Assembly: GCA_965222615.1 (NCBI GenBank)
Contig: CBDCUI010000008.1
Location: 1,024,001-1,088,000 of the forward strand
DNA length: 64,000 nucleotides
Reading direction: 5' to 3'
From: Gammaproteobacteria bacterium
Lineage (GTDB): Bacteria > Pseudomonadota > Gammaproteobacteria > UBA4575
Shown here piece by piece: positions 54,560-62,056 of the stretch (positions within the stretch are counted from its first letter, which is position 1; every line of letters starts with the position of its first letter). Below the pieces are notes generated by a model. It was given only the letters and a program-made list of their open reading frames with translations. It was not told where the DNA came from and did no database searches. The position numbers were made by a program, and so were the translations under genes.

Positions 54560-57490
54560 ATGAAAAGGAATTTTTCGCACCTTTCAATTGTACTTATTGC
54601 TTTGTGCAGTATTGCAATGATATTGCCAAGTTGTAAGACCGGCTCGACCACATCAACATCAGGTTTTACTACAATCAATGGTGATTACCCGATCGTATAT
54701 GCCGAGAGAAATCTAGATGCGGCAGGCAACCCAACGGATGGTGTGATTTTTTCACCTGGTGGCGATCTGATGTATAAAGATGCATCTATTCCTACTATTC
54801 TCCCTATGAATATCACTGCTGGATATACCCAAGGACAAGGTGACGTTTCAGACCCCGCAGTTAATTTTGATGCAACCAAAGTTGTGTTTTCTATGCGTGG
54901 TCCAAATGACACTACATTTAGCCTTTGGGAAATGGATGTCGCTACAAAACAAATTTCACCTTTAATGACAGATCCTGTTGCAGCGGAATTTGGTAACGAT
55001 GTTGATCCAGCATACTTACCTGATGGAAGAATTGTATTTTCATCTGATCGACAGAAGAGAATGCAAGAAATGCTACAAGAACAGAACATCGTAAAATATA
55101 AAGGTCTTGACGAATATGAGCGAGAGGAATTCTTATCGTTGCATATTTTTAATCCTGATACTCAGGACATTGAACAGATTTCATATAATCAAAGTCATGA
55201 CCGTAATCCCACCGTACTTAAAGACGGTAGGATTATGTTTAGTCGCTGGGATCACTTAGCCAATCGAAATCATTTTCCGATATTTACCGTTAACCCAGAT
55301 GGGTCAGACATGTTTGTTCTATATGGAGCATTTAGCCCTGGTAACTCTTTTTTGCATCCAATGGAAATGCAAAGTGGAAATGTAATGTCTTCCTTGATGC
55401 CATTATCTGATACCGATGAAGGTGGGGCACTTTATTCTATTGATGTTAAAAATTATTCAGAGCACTGTGAACCAGCACCTGGAGTTGTACCAGGATGTAA
55501 TGGGCAAGCTTATGCACTTTTTAACAATAAGCCTGTAACCATTGATGGTAGCTTTTCACCAGGTGGAAGATACAGTACACCTTACCCATTATGGGATGGA
55601 ACCAATCGTGCATTGGTTTCTTATGCCATTGCACCAAATGAGTTAGTCGGTGGTATACCGACAGAAACCCATCCAATGACCGGTGAGGTAAAACAAGTAT
55701 TTGGTCCCACCAAATACCAAATTTGGATGTTGGATTTTAATCAGCCTGTGGCACGAGTTGTTGAAACTGCGCCAGTTGGTAAAGCACTCTTGGATCCAGT
55801 ACCTCTTTATCCTCGTGCCTTAGCAGATGTGCCTAATATCATTCCAGATAAACCCAAAGATGATGCTTTGGCAGTGGAGCCTAACGGTTTAGGTGGTCAA
55901 GGCATGGGTATCTTAGGCGTGAAATCGGTTTATCACGTAGACTTTTTAGACATCATGGGTGACCGTGTAGCTAAAGAAAGTTTGGGTGAGAAAATTCCAA
56001 AGCTGCCAGATGGAACTCCTGACTTGCTGAGAATGAAAAATCCAAATAATGCTCAAGATTATTTACAAAGACCAGGTTATTTTGCTCGTGTAACCCGTGC
56101 AATTCCAACACCTCCAGGAATTCGTATGAGAGCGATTGGGCTTACTAATTTTGAGATGCAAGAAGTATTGGGGTATGTACCGGTGGAGCCTGATGGTTCG
56201 CTATTAACCAAGGTACCTGCAGATTCATCACTGACTATTTCTGTGTTAGATAAGTCTGGAAGAGCATTCCAGACACATACCAACTGGTTACAAGTTCGCC
56301 CTGGTGAAATACGTACCTGTAATGGTTGTCACTCTCCGCGTCGTTCATTGAGTTCCATTAATGTTGCCCCAGTGGCAGGAAATCATGCCAATGCCTTAGG
56401 TGAAGAGACCATGGCGGAAACCCGTGCACGTTTGAATAATGAAACTGCACCAAGTTTGTCAGACGATTTAGTATTTGCTGAATACTGGTCTAATGGACTA
56501 GAACAAGATTTCACACTCTCATTGGCTAATTTAACAACACCTGTACCTGATAACGGTAGAATTGATTATGTTAAGCATATTCAGCCACTGTGGGATAAAG
56601 ACCGTGGTACAAACACTTGTACGAACTGTCATCGCAATAGTTTACTTACAGATCCTATTTCTGCTGGATTAAGTCTTGAGGGTGGTTTACCTGGGAATGG
56701 AGGGCATGTAATTTCTTATAAAAATTTATTACATGGACCATTTAAACTTGATGAAAATGGTAATCCACTTCCACCAATTGTAAGACCCGATGGTAAAGTA
56801 GTTTTTCTACGTGGACCTAAACTCGTAAAAGTTGGTAATTCAGCTAATAGCTCAAGAACCAGTCACCTTATTGAAACGATTTACAATAGTGAATTACGAA
56901 GTAATCAAAATATAGGACCTACAGACCATGCATCGATGTTAAGCGATGATGAAAAATGGTTAATTTCAACTTGGGCTGATATTGGTGCTCAATATACAAA
57001 TGAGCCTTATGAGTTAGTAAATGGGCAATATGTATTACGTGATGATATTTTCTCAACACGAAGCGTGAGTAGATCCGTGTTTAATCAAGATATACATCCA
57101 ATTTTGCAAAATGAATGTATGAGTTGTCACAAGCCATCAGGAAATAGTGGCGAGTCTACAGTTGATCCGAATCTATTTGCTGACGAGGCAAGTGATGACG
57201 ATGGCTTTAATCGTTTTGTGTTAACTGGCAATCAGAGTGGTGACTTCAACGTTACACGCGCCATGATTAATGATCTGTGTGATCCACCTAATAATGATTT
57301 ATTGTTACGACCTAAGTCAGATAATGTTGCGCCTAACTTGCCGCATCCACAAATCCTTGTAGATCCGGATGACCCTGATAATACCGCCACTCAGCCGGTA
57401 TTCTCAGACACTGGTCCAGGATCCTCCTATGACACTATTTTGACCTGGATTAGCATGGGTGCAGCTAGAAACCCAACTTGCCTAAATTAA
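54560..57490 (+). CDS. hydrazine synthase alpha-like PD40 beta-propeller lipoprotein with three c-type heme motifs
   Basis: Lipobox LPSC; DPAYLPDGRIVFSS repeats; WLQVRPGE..CNGCH, CTNCH, CMSCH. Confidence 0.8.
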   Translation: MKRNFSHLSIVLIALCSIAMILPSCKTGSTTSTSGFTTINGDYPIVYAERNLDAAGNPTDGVIFSPGGDLMYKDASIPTILPMNITAGYTQGQGDVSDPAVNFDATKVVFSMRGPNDTTFSLWEMDVATKQISPLMTDPVAAEFGNDVDPAYLPDGRIVFSSDRQKRMQEMLQEQNIVKYKGLDEYEREEFLSLHIFNPDTQDIEQISYNQSHDRNPTVLKDGRIMFSRWDHLANRNHFPIFTVNPDGSDMFVLYGAFSPGNSFLHPMEMQSGNVMSSLMPLSDTDEGGALYSIDVKNYSEHCEPAPGVVPGCNGQAYALFNNKPVTIDGSFSPGGRYSTPYPLWDGTNRALVSYAIAPNELVGGIPTETHPMTGEVKQVFGPTKYQIWMLDFNQPVARVVETAPVGKALLDPVPLYPRALADVPNIIPDKPKDDALAVEPNGLGGQGMGILGVKSVYHVDFLDIMGDRVAKESLGEKIPKLPDGTPDLLRMKNPNNAQDYLQRPGYFARVTRAIPTPPGIRMRAIGLTNFEMQEVLGYVPVEPDGSLLTKVPADSSLTISVLDKSGRAFQTHTNWLQVRPGEIRTCNGCHSPRRSLSSINVAPVAGNHANALGEETMAETRARLNNETAPSLSDDLVFAEYWSNGLEQDFTLSLANLTTPVPDNGRIDYVKHIQPLWDKDRGTNTCTNCHRNSLLTDPISAGLSLEGGLPGNGGHVISYKNLLHGPFKLDENGNPLPPIVRPDGKVVFLRGPKLVKVGNSANSSRTSHLIETIYNSELRSNQNIGPTDHASMLSDDEKWLISTWADIGAQYTNEPYELVNGQYVLRDDIFSTRSVSRSVFNQDIHPILQNECMSCHKPSGNSGESTVDPNLFADEASDDDGFNRFVLTGNQSGDFNVTRAMINDLCDPPNNDLLLRPKSDNVAPNLPHPQILVDPDDPDNTATQPVFSDTGPGSSYDTILTWISMGAARNPTCLN

Positions 57491-57511
57491 TAGTTAAAAC
57501 AGAGGTTTGTC

Positions 57512-58021
57512 GTGAAACTATTGCGGCTGGTGCTACTAGCCGCAGTAGCACCAATAGGTCTTTTTCAAGGCTGTGACAGTACGTCTAATGAAGCACTACC
57601 AAATAGTGGTGTAAGTCTGTGCATTAATCAGTACGAACAATGTATTGATCCTATTTTTCAAAATCTAACAAACACTGGTGCGACTTGTTCACAAGCAGGT
57701 TGTCACAATTTACCAGGTGGTGTGCCAGCAGGTGGATTTGGTTTAAACCCCGGTGCTGCAATTGGTTCCACAGAAATGGTGATGAATTTTACAGCAGTGG
57801 AAGCCAGAACACTTAACAATAATTTATTACTCAATAAGGCAACAACGTCAAATGGTACTTCTCATGGCGGCGGACAGCAGCTTAGAGTAGGAGACGTTTG
57901 TTACAACGCCATCGCAGAATGGCGGGGGGTATCAGCTCCTAGCGACGGATCACCGTGTAACTTAACGTCATTTTCATTATGCGTTAACAATGCTGCACTT
58001 GTTTCATCCTGCGGGCCGTAG
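57512..58021 (+). CDS. Cys-rich lipoprotein with CX4CH putative heme motif
   Basis: GAGG RBS, GTG start, lipobox FQGC, CSQAGCH, HGGG, nine Cys. Confidence 0.72.
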   Translation: MKLLRLVLLAAVAPIGLFQGCDSTSNEALPNSGVSLCINQYEQCIDPIFQNLTNTGATCSQAGCHNLPGGVPAGGFGLNPGAAIGSTEMVMNFTAVEARTLNNNLLLNKATTSNGTSHGGGQQLRVGDVCYNAIAEWRGVSAPSDGSPCNLTSFSLCVNNAALVSSCGP

Positions 58022-58030
58022 GAAACCTAT

Positions 58031-58825
58031 ATGTTAAACACTAAAAAATATAAAAATTGCCACGCAACGACAAAGTATATAACTCACTTATTTTCGGTGT
58101 TTTTATTTATTGCGTTAACAGTAATTCCATTTTCATCGGCATGGGCAGAAAAAGAATATCAGCGTTTAAAAATTGTTGATGCTTACATTGAGTTGCATAC
58201 AGGGCCAGGAAGAGGCTATCCAATTTTTCATGTAGTTAAACGACATGATTGGGTTGAAGTTATTAAGCGTAAAACAGATTGGTTTAAAGTTAAAACTGAT
58301 CGTGATGTAACGGGGTGGGTAAGTCGCGAACAGATGGAGCGCACTTTAACAGTTGCAGGTATCCCAAAGTCTTTTAGAGATATTTTGTATGACGATTATT
58401 TGCATCGACGTATAGAGTTTGGAATATCTGCTGGAGATTTTGATAGTGATCCAATCGTGTCAGCTAGGTTAGCATACAAATTTACAGAAAATATAGCTTT
58501 AGAGTTTCAAGTTTCAAAAGTTGCAGGCAAATTATCGAGCTCTGATATCTATGGTGTAAATTTGGTTTCTTTACCTTTTCCAGATTGGCGTCTTACACCA
58601 CATTTTACAATCGGTTACGGACGTTTTGAAAACGAACCTAAAGGCGCCTTAATTCAACAAATTGATACTGAAGATGATTTTGCCAATCTTGGAATTGGGG
58701 CACGTTATTACTTAACGCGAAGATTCTTTTTACGTGCTGATTATCGTCGTTACATCGTTTTATCTGAAGATGATAGGAATGATGAATTTGATGAAATTAG
58801 TGCAGGGGTTTCATTTTTTTTCTAA
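58031..58825 (+). CDS. SH3 plus outer-membrane beta-barrel protein
   Basis: HTGPGRGYP...WFKV...GWV bacterial SH3; amphipathic strands ending VSFFF. Confidence 0.8.
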   Translation: MLNTKKYKNCHATTKYITHLFSVFLFIALTVIPFSSAWAEKEYQRLKIVDAYIELHTGPGRGYPIFHVVKRHDWVEVIKRKTDWFKVKTDRDVTGWVSREQMERTLTVAGIPKSFRDILYDDYLHRRIEFGISAGDFDSDPIVSARLAYKFTENIALEFQVSKVAGKLSSSDIYGVNLVSLPFPDWRLTPHFTIGYGRFENEPKGALIQQIDTEDDFANLGIGARYYLTRRFFLRADYRRYIVLSEDDRNDEFDEISAGVSFFF

Positions 58826-58848
58826 TGCTTAACTCATAGGGACATCTT

Positions 58849-59487
58849 ATGAAAATGCGATATTTAATATTTTTACTACTTGCTATCGTTTTACAGCCAG
58901 CATTTGCTGATGACGATGCGCCAGCACCTGAGTCTACACAGGAGCAAGTAATTGAGCCTGATATTTATCGTCGTGATATCAATGTGCCACGCATTGATAC
59001 CGAGAATTTTGAAATCAGTGCTTACTACGGGGTTCTAGATGTCGAAGATTTTGGTACCGAGCCTGCTTATGGTCTCAGAGTTGCGTACCACATCACCGAA
59101 GATTTCTTCCTTGAAGGGGCCTATGGCATGTCAGAAACATCTGATGAGACTCTAGAAAACCTGACGACATTTAATATTTTGCGAGACGAAGACATTACTT
59201 ATTACAGTCTTTCAATTGGTTACAACATATTTCCCGGAGAAATTTTCTTAGGGCGAAATTTTGCAATGACTAGTAGTTTTTACCTGATGGCTGGAGTAGG
59301 CAATGTGGAGTTTAACGAAGAAGATGAGTTTGCCTACAACGTAGGATTTGGTTTTAAGGTTCTGCCTACTGATTGGCTGTCTTTGCGTTTAGATGTACGA
59401 GATATTGTTTATGAGACAGATCTTCTTGGTGATAACGAGTTTACCAATAATTTCGAAATAACAGCCAATGTAGGCGTTTTTTTCTAG
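58849..59487 (+). CDS. outer-membrane beta-barrel protein
   Basis: Signal peptide, IDTENFE, PGEIF, terminal GVFF. Confidence 0.82.
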   Translation: MKMRYLIFLLLAIVLQPAFADDDAPAPESTQEQVIEPDIYRRDINVPRIDTENFEISAYYGVLDVEDFGTEPAYGLRVAYHITEDFFLEGAYGMSETSDETLENLTTFNILRDEDITYYSLSIGYNIFPGEIFLGRNFAMTSSFYLMAGVGNVEFNEEDEFAYNVGFGFKVLPTDWLSLRLDVRDIVYETDLLGDNEFTNNFEITANVGVFF

Positions 59488-59536
59488 GTTATATATTTAC
59501 ATTGAATAACACTAACTATTCGTGAAAGGGACAGAC

Positions 59537-60046
59537 ATGAATAAAAAATTAATTTTAGTTCAAGCATTCATTATAGCGTTATCACTTTGTGTAATAAGTG
59601 TCGTTACTTATGCAAATGTTAAAGCAGATGCTGCACCTGATTTTGTTTTGAAGAGCGCTTCCGGGCAAAACATCAGATTAAGTGAATTAAAAGGTAAAGT
59701 TGTAATGTTAAATTTTTGGGCAACTTGGTGTGGCCCATGCGCAGAAGAGATTCCTCATCTAAACAAGCTACATGAATCATTAGATTCATACGACTTTGAG
59801 CTTTTAGGAATTAATTTAGATGAGGATCAAGCTAAAGCTTTGCATCTTGCTAGAAAACTTGACGTAAATTTCCCAGTTTTGTTTGATGATGAAAAAAATG
59901 TGAGTAAAAGTTTTTCAATTGATGCAATGCCCACGACAATCATAATTGATCGTAGTGGAAAAATACGACATGTCAACCGTGGATATAAAAAAGGTTATAT
60001 AGAACGTTATTACAGACAAATTCAAGCATTGCGTAGGGAACAATGA
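59537..60046 (+). CDS. TlpA disulfide reductase family protein
   Basis: NFWATWCGPC, AMPTT; signal/TM segment. Confidence 0.92.
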   Translation: MNKKLILVQAFIIALSLCVISVVTYANVKADAAPDFVLKSASGQNIRLSELKGKVVMLNFWATWCGPCAEEIPHLNKLHESLDSYDFELLGINLDEDQAKALHLARKLDVNFPVLFDDEKNVSKSFSIDAMPTTIIIDRSGKIRHVNRGYKKGYIERYYRQIQALRREQ

Positions 60047-60315
60047 TGAGGAAGCACTTGTTAAAAAATTATTTATTAAAAGTCCTACTCATTATTTTTA
60101 TTTTTGGATGTAGTTCATGTTCATCATTTAGGCTACCTAAAATTCCAAAAATTGAACCTTGGGTTGCGCCATATGAAAGAGAATACTTAGCAGATCCAAT
60201 TATGAGTTTTAATAAAGACCCGCTTTCCAACAAATATAGGCAGCACGTTTTTAATACACGTGAAGGTGCTCGTGGAGCAGGGTATGCACATGGAGGCGGT
60301 TGCGGCTGTAATTAA
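60043..60315 (+). CDS. DUF4266 lipoprotein
   Basis: VxPYERxxLADxxM, H..REG and terminal GGGCGCN. Confidence 0.9.
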   Translation: MMRKHLLKNYLLKVLLIIFIFGCSSCSSFRLPKIPKIEPWVAPYEREYLADPIMSFNKDPLSNKYRQHVFNTREGARGAGYAHGGGCGCN

Positions 60316-60346
60316 TAGCATGTGTGAATATCTAGGAAAAATAATA

Positions 60347-61465
60347 ATGCTGAACAAAATATTCGTCGGAATCGTTTTGTTTAATATTTGTTTGCCTACT
60401 AGTGTGATTGCGGCAGTACTGCCAGATGAACGAGCTGATGCAGGTTATCACTACTATGATGGCGATGGAGTGGAAGTAGATGGGCCTACTTTTCTAATTC
60501 GTAAAAATTTCGCAAGTAAATTTTCTGTTTATGGAAGCTATCATCACGATAGTATCAGTGGTGCATCACCTGACGTATTAGCAGGTGCAAGTAGATACAG
60601 TGAAGACCGTGATGAATTTACAATCGGTGGTGCTTATTTGCGTGATAACACGATTTTAGATTTATCCTACACCCATAGCGATGAAGATGATTATCAGTCT
60701 GATACCGTAAATTTTGATATTTCGCATGAAATGTTTGGTGCCTTAACTACGGTTAACATCGGTGCATCGATTGGTCAGGATGATGTTGAGCGAAATGATT
60801 TATCAAGTTTTTCAGAAGATTTAGATCGATACTTGTTCCGTGCCGGTGTCTCACAAGTTTTAACCAAGACTTCAGTTTTAGGCTTTGACTATGAAGCCAC
60901 AGTAGAAGAGGGATTTCTCAATAATCCATACCGGTTTGTATTTGTAAACGGAGTGTCCCTTGGCAGTGGCTCAGAGCGCTATCCCCGTACCCGAACAGGC
61001 CAAGCCTTCGCACTACGAGGTATTAAATATTGGCAACATCGGGCCTCAACTTCGCTCGGTTATCGGTTTTATAGGGACACTTGGGATATTCGCGCGCATA
61101 CCATAGACCTAAATTACTCACAATATATTGGAAATCAATGGGTTGCGGATATTTATGGACGTTATTACAGCCAGGATGAGGCAGATTTTTTCAATGACAA
61201 TTTCAGCACAGCCATGCGTTATATGGCGCGAGATAAAGAGTTGAGTTCATTTGATAGTTATTCAATAGGAGCTCGTGTCCGTTATGACTTATTTAAGGAT
61301 TACAAATTTTTACGTACCGCATCAATTAATCTCGCAGTGGAATATTTGGACTATGACTACGACGATTATTCAGGAATTAAATCTGTTGCAGACACAGCGA
61401 GCTTGGGAAGTGGCTATTCGTTTGATGCAACGACAATTCAATTTTATTTTTCAGTTTGGTACTAA
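60347..61465 (+). CDS. DUF3570 outer-membrane beta-barrel
   Basis: DSISGAS, GFLNNPYR, ERYPRTR, YRFYRDTW, terminal aromatic residue; start uncertain. Confidence 0.85.
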   Translation: MLNKIFVGIVLFNICLPTSVIAAVLPDERADAGYHYYDGDGVEVDGPTFLIRKNFASKFSVYGSYHHDSISGASPDVLAGASRYSEDRDEFTIGGAYLRDNTILDLSYTHSDEDDYQSDTVNFDISHEMFGALTTVNIGASIGQDDVERNDLSSFSEDLDRYLFRAGVSQVLTKTSVLGFDYEATVEEGFLNNPYRFVFVNGVSLGSGSERYPRTRTGQAFALRGIKYWQHRASTSLGYRFYRDTWDIRAHTIDLNYSQYIGNQWVADIYGRYYSQDEADFFNDNFSTAMRYMARDKELSSFDSYSIGARVRYDLFKDYKFLRTASINLAVEYLDYDYDDYSGIKSVADTASLGSGYSFDATTIQFYFSVWY

Positions 61466-61500
61466 AAATGTAATTAGAAGATTGTTTATGGAGATCGAAC

Positions 61501-62049
61501 ATGTATAGAAAATTAATTTTATTCATATGTTTTTCGATATTGAGTTATATGAGTGCAGCAGTTGCCGACATTGATAACTCTAAAGTGAATGAAGAACATA
61601 ACTTTCAAAACCTAGATCAAGAGATACAAACTTTAAAACAGGAAGTTTTAGAACTAAATCGCGATCTCTATATACTTGAAGAGGAATTGTTATACCCATC
61701 CAATACGCAGGTAGCGGTATACGTATCTGTTGATGTTGGCGACTTTTTTGACTTGGATTCTGTACAAGTCACATTGAATGAAAAAATTGTTGCAAATTAT
61801 CTTTACACTGAGCGTGAAGTAGATGCCTTATTGCGTGGTGGTGTGCATCAAATCTATATTGGGAATTTGCCGTCTGGAGAACATGAACTGGTAGCGTATT
61901 TTGTTGGGCGTGGGCCAAAGGGTAGAGATTTTAAACGTGGAGCAAATCGAATTATTGATAAAGGTTTGGGGGCAAAGTATGTAGAGCTGAAAATTACAGA
62001 TCGAACTCCTAAGCATCAACCCGACTTTATTGTAAAAGAATGGGAATAA
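61501..62049 (+). CDS. conserved exported hypothetical protein (coiled coil plus beta domain)
   Basis: Signal peptide, LNRDLxxLEEELLYP, GGAG RBS; no HTH seen. Confidence 0.75.
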   Translation: MYRKLILFICFSILSYMSAAVADIDNSKVNEEHNFQNLDQEIQTLKQEVLELNRDLYILEEELLYPSNTQVAVYVSVDVGDFFDLDSVQVTLNEKIVANYLYTEREVDALLRGGVHQIYIGNLPSGEHELVAYFVGRGPKGRDFKRGANRIIDKGLGAKYVELKITDRTPKHQPDFIVKEWE

Positions 62050-62056
62050 GAAAAAG

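Noticed and set aside
54560-57490. Anammox hydrazine synthase
   Set aside because: No hzsB/hzsC or other anammox genes nearby; gammaproteobacterial context and different C-terminal modules. Only the architecture is shared.
61501-62049. AraC-type transcriptional regulator (a label sometimes attached to similar proteins)
   Set aside because: It has a signal peptide and no HTH.
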